NCBI GenBank assembly: GCA_051294375.1
Contig: CM119265.1
Location: 19,705,642 to 19,769,641 of the forward strand
Direction of reading: 5' to 3'
Source of the DNA: Paraspadella gotoi
Lineage: Eukaryota > Animalia > Chaetognatha
DNA: 64,000 nucleotides
How positions within the stretch are numbered: the stretch's first letter is position 1; every line of letters begins with the position of its first letter. Position numbers and translations under genes: made by a program. The notes under the pieces were generated by a model. It saw only the letters and a list, made by a program, of their open reading frames with translations. It did no database searches and was not told the origin of the DNA. Shown piece by piece: positions 12,421 to 25,153 of the stretch.

Positions 12421-13759
12421 GACATTTTTTCAACCCTCAATAATATAAGTTTAAGGGTGGACTCGAATCAAACATCTACTCATAATTTTAAGACACAGGT
12501 CGGTGACTTATGATGTAAAGGTGTGCTAAACTGTCTTTAGCAAGGGTAGACGTCACGGGTTAGAGCCAATTTGAATGCGGATTCGGTGCAAACATATTTA
12601 TTTTTCGGACTCCTGCCCAATTCGTGTTGATTTAAATTTATGGAATGTCAGAACAACTCTATTACACGGACTTTTTGTTGTCTTATCGACACCGCCCCTA
12701 CTGAACATTCCCACAAAGCCTGAGCCGGGATAGCCCTATTCACTGAAAAAATATATTCCTCACAAAAAACGAAGAATATCTTATCTCTATCATCAATAGC
12801 TAACATATCCCTACAATTAAATCACATAAAGAATTTACTATATTGCTCTTCAAAAAACATCATTAAACCAATTATAGTAAAACTCTGAATAACAATTTAT
12901 TATTTTTTTTAATTAGATTTATAATAAACGATCCAGAATTAAATTCCTCCTCAGCAAAATTTGATAAAGAAAGTGCTTATTAATGATTAAACTCACAAGT
13001 ATATATATTTGTTCTGGAGATCCGACATTTAATAATTATATCGACATGGTAAAAACACATTGTTGATATAGATTAATTATTTCTCACATCGCGCTGACTT
13101 TTGAAAAATTTTTTTTGTTTATATAAAAATGATAAGTAAAATGAATTTATGGTTCAATCTAGAATTATGGTATTAATCCTCCCCAGGCATTAAAGAATAC
13201 CTTAATATCATATTAAATGTTTTAATTAACAAGTCCAGTTGTCTATGTCCTAATTTTAACACAAGTAACCCCGTAGAGATTTTGTCTGTTATATTCACGC
13301 CTGCGGGTCGAGGCTTGAACCGTGCGCTCCCTTTTAATTTCTACCACTCTCACTATCAAAGGCTTTTTTCAAGCCCAACGCCTAACAGGGACAGATAATA
13401 ATTAAGAAAAAGGAGGTAAGAGAGCCTTTTGAAGTCAAGCATGTGGTACCTATAATCAGACCACAAAAAATATTCCCTCACCCCCCCCTTTTTCTCACGA
13501 GACCGCGTTCTTGACTTTGGGGTCTTCTATTCTTTTTCTTTATTTTCTTTTTGAGTGTGGAAAATTGATGGGGAATAGGGATAAGAGGGGAGATGGGAGA
13601 GGGAGCAGAGGAAGCGAGAGTAAGGAGGACTATTAGGGCAGAGCAGTGGAGAGGGTCAGGCGGTGGAATTGAGGAGTTGATAAGGTGATGGAAATTTCTA
13701 AGTCTCACTATGTGTGACAACGCAGCGGCGGGTGAGATATGATAACAATTTTTAGTCGT

Positions 13760-14710
13760 TAACTCATTGAGTAACACTTTTTTCTCAACTTTTCACCGGC
13801 CGATGATCACGTGACACGTCGCGTGAATCGACTCGCGCGATCACCAAAAGGAAAAAGGCTCGATTGTGTGACGGGCGCGAATTCCGATAGGAGCTCACGC
13901 GCCCGAATCCCCTTTCAATTCCAGTTTTAATGGGAAGAGCAGGGGCGCGTAGAGGGGATGATACCTTCACAAAGCCTAGGAGCCCGGGATAGGCCCTTAC
14001 AAAAAATATATTCCTAAAAAGAAAATAATATTATCTCAGCATAGCTATTATCCTACATTAATAAAAAAATACTATATTGCCCAAAAAAATCAAAACCAAT
14101 AAGAAAACTGAATAAAAATATTATTTTTTTTATAATAAACGATTCCCAGAATTATTCCTCTCCAAAATTGAATTAAGATGCTTATTAGAAAAATGCATAT
14201 AAATATATAATAAAATTTTAAAAATAATTCAATAATTTTAAAATTTTTTTTATATAAAAACGTAGCTTAATCAATGATTGTTATTATTGGATTAAAAATC
14301 CCTCCCCAGGCAATTAAAGATTACCAATAAATATTTTAAAAAGTTTGCAGCCCTCGGTGACCCGAAATTTCTCTACACGCCCCTGGGGACGAGGCTTCCG
14401 CGCCCCTTTTATTTCTCTCTACTACAAAGGCTTTAAGCCACCTCGGGAGATAAAATAAGAAAAAGAGAGGAGAAGAGCTTTGAAGCTCAGAGTAGAATAA
14501 ATCAGACCACAAAAAATATTCCCCCCCCCCACCCCTTCCCACGAGAACCGCGTTCTTACTCTCTCTTTATTTCTTTTTGAGGCGAAGGGCGGAAAGGGAA
14601 GGGAGGGGAAGAACGGGGAGAGGGAGGAGGGGAAAGGGAAGAGGGGAGAAAAGGGTAGAGAATAAGGTGAGGAATTCCAAGTCTCATGGAAACGGGGGGG
14701 GAGAAATATT
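13760..14710 (+). repeat. Empty-site copy of the sequence flanking the hAT palindrome (duplicate of ~8190-8426 + 12701-13745)
   Basis: 13770-13968 matches 8200-8426, and 13969-14710 matches 12713-13740. The junction GATGATACCTTC|ACAAAGCC has no insert. Confidence 0.85.
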
Positions 14711-15339
14711 AGAAAGAAATGTTGACTTTGGAATTTTGATTCAGCGACTTTTAATATTCTCTCTCCTTATATCTCCTCTCTCCTCTCTCTCTCTCTTCTC
14801 TCTCTCTCTCTCATCTTCTCTCTCTCGTCTCTCTCTCCTCTCTCTATCGTTTCGTCGCTTTCAAAAAAAAATCTTTCACGGGATTCTTTTCTGCTCGAAA
14901 GGAGAAGAAAGAAAGAATAACGAAAAGAATATTAAAGAAAAGATAAAAAAAGATGAAGCCAAAAAACGGTTGGCGAAGGAAAGAAAAGTCAAAGGAAGAA
15001 ATCAAACGTCGCATCAACCATCATCATCATCATCAACACATCAAACATCATCATCCCTCATCATCATTCCGCTCATCAACGCCACCCCCATCTACGACAC
15101 AATTTCAGACTCGACCATCCTCCTGTATCCCTCGCGACCCGAGGAATCTAAATGCGGTCACCCTATTAGTTCCCCCGATCATCCCGGTCCTTCAGTCTTT
15201 CCATTTGCGTCAATTTTTTCGTAATTTTCCTTCATCTTCGAGTACACTCTACTCATCTCACAACTTCACAACACTTGTTTCTAGTGAATTCTTATATTTA
15301 CTACTTTAATACCGATTACAAAATATATACTAATATTAA

Positions 15340-15690
15340 AGAGAAAGACAAGTTTATTTGTATGTACAACGATTTAATTTTTAACCATAGGACATGTTTC
15401 GGCTTAAGTATAAAGTATTCGAGGACAGGTGAACACCTGCCTCATCTGACCACTGTCCCTTATCTCAACCTTTGTTGGAAGCTTTATCTCTCTCTCTCTC
15501 TTTTCTCCTCTCTCTCATGTCTCTCCTCTCAATTCTCTCTCTCTCTCTCTCTCTGACTCAATGTTAAGAGAAAAATTTGTCCTGATTATTTCAAACGCTG
15601 ATGAAGGCTTATATTAAAGCCGAAACATGTCTTATGTAAAAAATAAATCGTTGTACATAAACAATAAACTTTGTCATTTCTCTAAATTTT
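15340..15690. mobile_element. Inverted pair of Penelope-like (PLE) pseudo-LTR fragments
   Basis: 15340-15415 (minus) matches 15607-15685 (plus): AAGCCGAAACATGTC-Y-TATG...AAATCGTTGTACATA..AATAAACTT(T)GTC. The plus copy carries a hammerhead core and AATAAA. Inverted pLTR fragments are typical of PLE insertions. Confidence 0.7.
15592..15637 (+). ncRNA. Minimal type I hammerhead ribozyme motif (Penelope type)
   Basis: CTGATGA (15598-15604), stem II GGCTT/AAGCC (15606-15621), GAAAC (15622-15626), palindromic ACATGT stem III and cleavage triplet GTC ending at 15631. Stem I pairing is poor in this copy. Confidence 0.7.
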
Positions 15691-16005
15691 GCAAAAACAA
15701 CGAAAGAAAGGAATTAATATAATACTATATATAAAACAAACTTTTCGCTCCAACTCATCATCATTTGAGTTGTCATCAAAATTTGTAGAGGAATTAATTC
15801 TCCAACTCGAAAAGTTCAAATTTGCTTTAATTACTCCACCAATGTTTCACGAATGTGGAGATTGAAGCAAAATAAAAAAATCATAAATAAACAAATAAGA
15901 AAATAATAAAAACTTTGAGGAAATGCGGTGAATTAAGGTGATAAAGAGGAGGTGATTATAAAAAGGAGGTGAAGAAGATGCAGGGTCGAGTCTAGGTGAG
16001 AGAGA

Positions 16006-16066
<61 letters not shown>

Positions 16067-19000
16067 CGAGAGAGAAGAGAGAGGAAGAGAGAGAGACAAA
16101 GTTCACGGCGGGTGGACTACGAAGTGAAGGAGGAATGTCGAGAATCTTTTGGCGATAAATCAAAGAAACTCAAGATGTCGCCGTCGTCGTCCGTCGTCGT
16201 TCGTCGTCGATCGTCGCCGTTTTTGATTCCCCCAGTAATCAAGCCAAAGAAAAAGCTCGTTTTGGCGACTGTCCCGATGTCCCCAGAGTCATCGTCGTTG
16301 TTTATCGTCGTCCTCAGTGGTTCGTCGACGAGGACGTCACTGTCGTCGTTTCCGTTGTCGTCGTCGTCGTCGTCGTCCGTCGTCGTCGCGTCCGTCCGTC
16401 TCTCGTCGCGTCGTCGTCGTCCAAACAGCTTGGAGCCAATTTCGCTTTCCACAATTGAGTCATATCCCGAAAGGGAGAGAGAATGCTTTCTAGGGGAAAC
16501 TCTCCCCCTTCCCCCCACTTACCCCCCTCCAAAACTTACTCCCCCGCCGCCAATTTCACTCGAATAAAAAACAATCGTCGACAAAAAAAATGTTTTTTAA
16601 ATGCAAATAGTTTTTTAGACGTATTTTAGTATTATCGTGGTACCCCTAAACTTTTGATTTAATAAGTTTTTTTCTTTGTTTATTTTATTTTATTTTTTTG
16701 GTCTATACATTTTTAATGTTACAAAGTCGCGTATCGGATACATCTCTCAACGATGTATATCTAAGAGTTTACTTTTCGCTTTTTCATCATGATAGTCGTC
16801 GTCATCATCGTCATCATTATAGTCTCGTCGTCGTCTCTCTGTCCCCCGATTATGTATAAACAAAAGAAGTATTTTCCGCTTAAAAGATCCCAAGAAATTC
16901 TTCTTCTTCCTCGTCTCAGTTTATTTTTTTTTTAAATTCTTTTCCTTCAAAATCTATTTTTTTTTTTTTTGAAACTCGTGTAACGCGGGAGCGTGTCGCA
17001 TGCCGGCGGAGCGTGCGCTGCGTGTTCAAAGCGTGCGAATTCGTCGGTGCGTGTGAAGTGAGAAAATAATCCAATTCATCATCAACTTAAGACTAATTTT
17101 CGAGCCAAGGAAGACGTGTCAACGTCGTTTTCTTCGTCGTTATCATCGTCGTCGTCGTCGTTTCCGTCAAATTTTTAAAAAGATCAGCGCCTATTTTGAC
17201 AATTTTCCTTCAATCAAAATAATTTTACCCTAATCATCGTCGTTGTTGTTGTGGTCGGTGTCGTCGTCGTCGTCGTCATTGTCGTCGTCATCGTCTTCGT
17301 CCTTCTTTTATCAAAAGAAAAAGAAAATTTGAAACTATTTTCACGGAAGAAAAAGATGGAGATCTAATTCAACATCGAGTAACGACGAAAAAAGAGGATT
17401 TTCAGACGATGGGGGAAAAGGAAAAACGTTTTTATTATAAGCAATTTAATTTAGATTATTTATTATTAGCCTTTCGATAGTCTGACACCTTGTCCTTTGA
17501 AAGAGTTGCGGCTTTCTTATTTTCGATCTCCAGACGACCGCGTTGTCTATATCATTTGATTTTCGTTTCCCTGAAAGTTTTTCTTCATCATCTGGCGTGG
17601 ATTAATATTCCATCCAATAAAAAAAAAAGAAATTCATTTCGAAAGCGGCTAGACACAGTGTCGCCCGGAACTCGCGCTCGAGTCAATCTTTGTTACTCAC
17701 CTGCTTCGTTACTCACCAAAAGTTACAATCTTTTCATCTTTTTTTTAAAATGATTTATTTTTATTAATATAAAGAAAAAAAAATTCTAACTACTAACTAA
17801 TTATTTCATGAAAAGCCTTTCCTAAATTAACATATACTTAATTTAGTTATTTATTGAATGGCAGGATAATTTTAGATTGATGATATTAATTTTTTTTAAA
17901 AATTAAGCTTCAAAAAATTCTAAAAATGTTGATAAAAAATAAGGTAGTAAAAAAACATCTGCCTGTCATTAATTCATTCTTGCCTAACAGCTGACTATCG
18001 CGTCGTTTTTCGCCCTTTTCGTCCTTCCGCGCCCCCAAAGCGGTTTACGGTTCACGTCCGGTCTTCTTGACCCGATAACTTGGTTTTAAAAATCCTCTCT
18101 CTCCCTTTTTCTATTCACTCCAGCCCCTCACTTGAAATTATCCCCTCAGCCTCGGTCACAAATGTCATTTTCTCCCCCCAAATGTTAACATATTGCCCTT
18201 TTTCCAAGTTTTTTCTTCTACTTTCAAACTCTTTAAAAACTTTTTTTTCACTTTTTCTTAAGCATAAAAATGAGAAAAACCGGATCTTAGAAATTCATGA
18301 ATATTTTGTAACGTAATTCTTTTGTGATTTTGCGGTACCGTGAATTTTTAAAAAATATCTAGGGAATACTTTTTTCCTTATTCCTAAGGTATAAACAGAG
18401 CGATCAGTAAAACCTTAGATGTTTGGCCAAAGTTAAGGACTTTTACAAATTATATTTAAGTCTGAACTACTTGCCCAAAATTGAAAAGGCCTTTGTTATA
18501 CATTTTACTTTTTGTACATTCACTTAATCTTTTTTTTCTCTGCCTATTCATAGGCAATAAAGAACTTAAACTGGAATCGGTAAGAAAGAAAGAGAGAATT
18601 TAATAAGGATTTATAGCCTCGTTAAAACTTTCAATGTCGATTTTTTCTCCATTCGGTCTTGATGATGAGTGATGCTCTCTCGTTTTATGGAACAAAAGAG
18701 ATCGTCAAATAAAACGCCCATGATCTCACTTCTCTTTCGGAATTTAAAGGCCCAAGTGAAGCTTAAGGTCGCACCTGACTGTTTGTCTCTCTGACTCTCT
18801 CTCNNNNNNNNNNNNNNNNNNNNNNNNNNNNNNNNNNNNNNNNNNNNNNNNNNNNNNNNNNNNNNNNNNNNNNTTTTTTTGCTTTAAAAGCGATAAAAGG
18901 AGATTCGCGGGTCTCGAGTTTGAACCGACGAAGGATTTTATTGGTCATGTAAAGAATTTGAAGAAAGAGGNNNNNNNNNNNNNNNNNNNNNNNNNNNNNN

Positions 19001-19698
19001 NNNNNNNNNNNNNNNNNNNNNNNNNNNNNNNNNNNNNNNNNNNNNNNNNNNNNNNNNNNNNNNNNNNNNNNNNNNNNNNNNNNNNNNNNNNNNNNNNNNN
19101 NNNNNNNNNNNNNNNNNNNNNNNNNNNNNGAGAGAGAAACAGACGAGCTAACCTCGAGACGAATCGCGACTTCTCTCTTTCGTCGAGGGGCGGAGATTAG
19201 AAATGGAATAAAAATAGAAGGGGAGGGTCCCTCTAGCGGGACAAACAAATTTAGAAAGCGGCGTCCCAAATGAAACGGAAGGAGGAAGAAAGTCAAAAAG
19301 TTAGGACGCATAATAAAAGTCGACGCCCTCTCCTACAAAGAAAAAAAAAGCCTCATTTTCTCAGTCGTTCTTTATCTCCCTTTCTTTCGGTCTTTCCGCG
19401 CAGAGAGAGAAAAAAAAAGTTGAACGCTTCTTCCGCCAGACGCCGCTGCTGTCGAACCGTAGACAGAAGAGCATCCCGGGACTTAGAAAAAAGGTCGAAG
19501 CGCGAAGGTCGACAAAGGATCAACTCAATGTCATTTTGGAAAAAAAANNNNNNNNNNNNNNNNNNNNNNNNNNNNNNNNNNNNNNNNNNNNNNNNNNNNN
19601 NNNNNNNNNNNNNNNNNNNNNNNNNNNNNNNNNNNNNNNNNNNNNNNNNNNNNNNNNNNNNNNNNNNNNNNNNNNNNNNNNNNNNNNNNNNNNNNNNN

Positions 19699-19733
<35 letters not shown>

Positions 19734-21338
19734 GGAGACCGACCTCCCGTCAAAATAATTAGGATAATTCTTCTTTGTGAAAACGCAAAAGATTTATCAT
19801 CGCAGATTTATTTTTAAAAAAAGTAAAAAAATTAAAAAGGAGTTAAAAAAAGGAGAAGAAAATTAATTAAATAATTAATGGGAATTAATCCATGAAGAAA
19901 TTAAATATTAGTAACGGATGTACATATCTATCGAGAGTGGCGCTCAATGAAGAGAAACTGCTACTTGAAGATCAATGTAAAAAGCGAAGGGAGAGAGATG
20001 GGAGAGNNNNNNNNNNNNNNNNNNNNNNNNNNNNNNNNNNNNNNNNNNNNNNNNNNNNNNNNNNNNNNNNNNNNNNNNNNNNNNNNNNNNNNNNNNNNNN
20101 NNNNNNNNNNNNNNNNNNNNNNNNNNNNNNNNNNNNNNNNNNNNNNNNNNNNNNNNNNNNNNNNNNNNNNNNNTCGAATCGAGGGATGTGGATGGAATTT
20201 AAACCAGAGACGCATGAAACCCGAGGCCGACTTTCCGATGATGAAGAAGAAATCCTTAAAAAAAAATAAATAAATATTTTTTTCTTCTCTTTTTATTTTG
20301 ATTTAATTTCGATGGAAAAGAGGATAACTTGCCTTAGGTGAGGGGTGCTAAAACTTGTGTATTACATTTACAAAATGTGTAATTATACATGATATTTAGA
20401 TATGAAATAAAAATCCCCCGGATCATTAAACGGCTCATTAATTACTGCCAGAAGAAAAAAAAAGAAGGAAAAAAANNNNNNNNNNNNNNNNNNNNNNNNN
20501 NNNNNNNNNNNNNNNNNNNNNNNNNNNNNNNNNNNGAGGAGTCGTTTGTGTGGATTTAGGGGTGTGGGGACGTATATATTGATTAAGGGTGGGGGATTGA
20601 AGGAGATCGATCATTTTGAGACCGAGGTGAGAGGGAGACTGCTTGGAGAGACGGCGTAAAAGTGGGTCAGTGCGGAACAGAGAGCAGAAGCTCACATTAA
20701 CATGACACGGAACAAGCGAACAAGAACGGAACCCACCGTTCCGGGAAATCGAGAGGGAGAGAGAGTTGCCGAGACGATTTTTCGGGGCCCGGCCGAGATT
20801 TTCCATCCAGAGCTGCCGATATTCGGCCGATATGACCGTATATGGCGGATCGGGAGGGAAATGGCCGAATTATGCGGCCACAACTCCGAATCAGATTTTT
20901 TTTTTTATTATGTTACGAGAAAACCACACGCAGACAAAGAGAGGGTGGATTATGGGGGAAGAGTTCGGGAAGAGAAGAGAGGAGTTTTTATTCGTTTCTT
21001 TGCCGTTTTGTATCTTTATTTTTTTTTTTTTTTAGAAATGACTTATTAAAAAAAAACATTTCAAATATTGGAAAACTCAAGGGATTTACTAAAAATTTTC
21101 CCGCTTCCCTCAAAAAACATCTTGGCGAAACGAAAATCTCACCCTAAGATTACGTCATACTCAAAGCTGCGTTAATCCTGGGTTAGGAAAGGCTCCATCG
21201 AGAAAAAAGGGTAAGGCTTTGTGGGTAAGGTTTTAAGAGATGAAGGGGAGACGGAAATTCGGAATGACTCAAACAGGAAAAGTTAAGGCAATTTAGTTAG
21301 TTTACAAACAATGGCAATGCATCAAAGTAGAGGTCAGT

Positions 21339-21473
21339 AAGAAATTGCTACAACCAATATAAAAATTGTTGATACAGTCAATAAACATGCTATCTTGCCA
21401 CGACTTCGGGCAGCTGTGGTGAGATGAGGCCTCCATCCTTCTTACAAGATAGTACCATAGCAACGCCCTGCAA
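21339..21473 (-). repeat. Interspersed repeat fragment (inverted relative of 22933-23070)
   Basis: The reverse complement TTGCAGGGCGTTGCTATGGTACTATCTTGTAAGAAGGATGGAGGCCT... matches TTGCAGGGACCTGCTATGTCATTATCTTGTAAGAGTGATGGAGGCCT at 22933. A short end fragment also occurs at ~55804-55855. Confidence 0.75.
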
Positions 21474-22292
21474 TTGGATAAAAGTAAAAATAATCGATCG
21501 GGAAATAGTATATTGTACTATCTTGTAATATTTTGATATATTGATTTAAATCTTGAAGAGATTTTCCGTCAAAATGAAAAAAAAAATGTAAAAATTGAAG
21601 AAAATAAAATAAAAATAAATTATAAAAAAAAGGGTGAGTCAAAAAAAAGTATATGAACCACAAAAGATTTTTTCCCCTCCCTGCTCCAGGAATTAAATTC
21701 TTTTATCCCTTTTTTTTTCTCCAAACCGCAATTTCTTCACAGTAAAAAAAAGGTTTTTTTTTTCATCTTCGAAAACGGTTTTCACCAAGAATCAAGATCA
21801 AAAAACACGATAAGAAAAAAATTGAAATAACAAGGCCTACACGAAAAAAGGGGAAAGTAGCAAGTAAGGAGAAGAATAAAGAGGAATAAAACATGCTACA
21901 AGCTAGACTTGCTAGACAGGCTTCAGAGCAGCTAAGAAGGTTGAAACGGGAGATAAGAGAAATTAGAACGAACTTTCTCAAATTTTTTTTTTATTTAGAT
22001 TTGTTTTTCTTTTATTTCTTTGTCTTTCTGTCATTGTAATTCAAGGAATTCGAGATGTTCACTCACTGGGCCAAATGTTATTATCTTCTCTTATATTTTT
22101 TACTAACTCCAAACACTTCTCTCTTTCTCTCTTACTTTCTTCTCTCCCTTTTATTTCTTTCGCCACCTCTCTTCCTTCCCGTCTCCCCAAAAAAAAAAAA
22201 AATCTCTAGGGACATGTCCATTTAATCCGCCCATTCCTCTTTCTCTCGTCTCTCTCCTCTCTCTCTCCTCGACTCTCTCTGCTCTCTCGTCA

Positions 22293-22325
<33 letters not shown>

Positions 22326-22932
22326 GCTCGTCGCTCGGGTGTCAGCTTCCCCTCTTTTTTTAACGCGGATTTCGTAGCTCAGAATTCGGTGTATTTTTTT
22401 TTAAACTGATACTTTTATACGTCACAATATGGTTTTTCTGAACGCAAATAAAAGATTGACTCCATAACACGAACCAATTTCCTCTCCCCCTCTTTTTCCG
22501 CGTACACGGACTGAGTGGTGCGCACCCTTAGCTCCTCCGTCCCCTCTGCCTCCCTCTTAATATCCTCAAGATCCGAGTTCGAGTCTCGCGTGGTCACGTG
22601 TCTGGACTTCCTTCATTCGTAAACTCCGCAACCACCGCACCGCCTCCTGATTACCGCAAAATTGCTCTCACAACCCCCTGGCTTTCCTCACCTACCCTTT
22701 TAATAATATCCTCGCCCAACGCCAAATAAAAATAATTTTCAAATCTCGACGTGGCAATTTTTTCTTCTTTTAGCCCAAACTGGTTAGAATCTCATTAAAT
22801 CTAATTTCTCTCGTCTGAGAACAAAAAGTACTGAAATCAAACCCAATCTTTCATCCGCTACAGGTATATATAGGGAAGCCAGGTACTCTAGGAGTGAATA
22901 AACGAGACTGTGAGAGAGTCTTGATTGAAATC

Positions 22933-23121
22933 TTGCAGGGACCTGCTATGTCATTATCTTGTAAGAGTGATGGAGGCCTTAAACCACCAAAGCCTGTCCA
23001 AAGTCAGGGGCAAGATAGCTTATTTATTAAATGAATGGATAATTTTTATAATGGTTGTACCAATTTCATATAACTAATATAAAATTTATCCATTCATTCT
23101 CGATAAATAAACTATCTTGCC
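22933..23121 (+). repeat. Interspersed repeat copy ending in a ~42-bp-arm hairpin
   Basis: Homologous to 21339-21473. GGCAAGATAGCTTATTTAT..ATGAATGGATAATTTTTATA (23009-23050) pairs with TATAAAATTTATCCATTCAT..ATAAATAAACTATCTTGCC (23078-23121). Confidence 0.7.
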
Positions 23122-23209
23122 TCTTTGCTAGGGATAGGCTATGTACTATGTAATTCAAATAAATCTTAAGGCCAAATTGAAAATTGCTCCAAACTTTTCA
23201 AATCGACAT

Positions 23210-23450
23210 CAACAACAACAACAACAACTGATGCCACGAGGTCATTCTATTTCACATCTTTTGGCGGATACAAGGGTGAACAGTGAACTGAATAGTGAAG
23301 GACAGGACAGGGCGGCTCCATCCCCTCTTTTGACCGAAGGAGACGCAAGTTCATTTTCGACCAGGACTTCCTACTGACTTACCGACTTTGAGGAAGGACT
23401 TTCTGTCAATAACAACCAATTAACGGTACTTGAGGGAATTTCGCATACTG
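23210..23450 (-). mobile_element. Possible SINE/LINE 3' fragment with (GTT)n tail
   Basis: Complex, balanced-GC segment ending on the minus strand in (GTT)6 at 23210-23228. No second copy in the window. Confidence 0.3.
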
Positions 23451-23516
23451 CAACATGTTCGTATATTATATTTTAGAATTAGCATGCGATAGATGGCGAT
23501 ATTCGAGAAACTCAAC

Positions 23517-23572
23517 TCTCACTGTTGGCCTCGGGGGCTTCCGACCCTCAGTGACGCCTCCTGTCACTGGCG
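23517..23572 (-). mobile_element. Fragment of the 5105-5359 solo-LTR family, cut by an assembly gap
   Basis: TCTCACTGTTGGCCTCGGGGGCTTCCGACCCTCAGTGACGCCTCCTGTCACTGGCG is nearly identical to 5150-5205. Confidence 0.85.
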
Positions 23573-25153
23573 NNNNNNNNNNNNNNNNNNNNNNNNNNNN
23601 NNNNNNNNNNNNNNNNNNNNNNNNNNNNNNNNNNNNNNNNNNNNNNNNNNNNNNNNNNNNNNNNNNNNNNNNNNNNNNNNNNNNNNNNNNNNNNNNNNNN
23701 NNNNNNNNNNNNNNNNNNNNNNNNNNNNNNNNNNNNNNNNNNNNNNNNNNNNNNNNNNNNNNNNNNNNNNNNNNNNNNNNNNNNNNNNNNNNNNNNNNNN
23801 NNNNNNNNNNNNNNNNNNNNNNNNNNNNNNNNNNNNNNNCTGCCGACCATAAAAAAAAAGGGGAGAAGGTCGTCTCGACTTTTGAGTTTTTTCCTTCCTT
23901 ACCTGAGGTCAGACGGAAAACGACCGCCAAACAGTTTTTTTTCTTTCTTTAACTCGTTTCCCTTTCAAAAAAATGGAAGGAAGTCGAAGGGGAAGCACGT
24001 TGAGAGACGGCGGGACTTTTTTCATCTTCTTTCAGTTTTCTACTTTTTTTTTTTCTTTACCGCAATTATTATTTTACTTGTTGAAAAATGTTGTCGTCAC
24101 TTATTCAATCCGTTTAATTAGAAAAAAAAAATTCACTAAATGAAAAGAACGATTAAACTTTGCCCTGTTTGATTAAACAATTTAATCAGCCTAATTTCAT
24201 CGAAAATATTTTTTTTTGTTCAAATTTCATTATTGTTTCCTTTTTCTGTTTCCGCCTAAAATCATTATTGGCTCTGTGACCGCTCAGGAATTTCTGATTG
24301 GGCGAAAGAGAAAAACCGTGAGCATTGTGCAACCGCCAAAAGGAAAATCTCGCGCTCTAAACTTGAACGTATTTTTCTTGTTAAACTCGTGTCTTGAGAG
24401 GTCAGAGCTCGTTCAAAGATGAATCCTCACAATAGGTCGAAAATACATTCGTCGATTCGCTGATTGGCCCACAAAAAAAAAAGCCGCGTCTCGCCCCTTA
24501 TTGGACCGTCACCTTCCGCAATCGTCCCCTCCCCTCCATCACGGTCCCATTCCTATGACCCCCTTTTCCCCGAGTCAATTTTCCACCACCCCCATTCCCC
24601 CCCCAAACTCTTTCCAACAGAATTTCCCTTTCCAATTCTAATTCGATTTTTTCTCTCGGAGAAATTCCGTCAGCGTACGGAACCTCATCGTCCCGCCAAA
24701 AGGGGGAAGGGCAGGGGGGAGGGTTAGTTTTGATTGTTGGGAGGTAAGGCCCTTGGCAAGAGGAAGTACGAGGAACGTCGAGGTAAGAAAAGGGAAGTAG
24801 GGTAAGAGTAAGGCGCGTAAATCGAGTCACGGAGGATGAGGTTGCGCCACGATGGAGGAAAGGGATCCTCCGCATAAAGCAGACGCCTCCGAATTCCGCT
24901 AAGCCGATGGTTCCGCATGACAAAGACGCCGGCGGTCAAGTTGAGGGAACGAAAACTTAAAGTGATAGAAAAGGAGGACGAATTGCTTCGGCCATCGCCC
25001 CTCAATCGGGTCCCTATCGTCTTTGTTGTTTTGGGTCGTTGCTTCCGATCCTCGCGATGTAGACATCGGCTATACTTTTCACCTTTGAACTCCCCGTCGT
25101 CATCTTTCTCCAACAGCCTTGCATCTGTCAAACACCTCTAATTATTGTATTAA

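Larger units (their letters stand above)
8427..12700. mobile_element. Palindromic (foldback) hAT-derived element: two head-to-head copies of the 3' ~2.1 kb of a hAT transposon
   Basis: Ends are TAGGTGGTGTC (8427) and GACACCGCCCCTA (12700). Inverted homology can be followed from the ends to a centre near 10535: 8570-8608 vs 12503-12538, 9198-9220 vs 11784-11806, 10453-10468 vs 10600-10616. The two flanks are contiguous in the empty site at 13961-13976. Confidence 0.8.
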
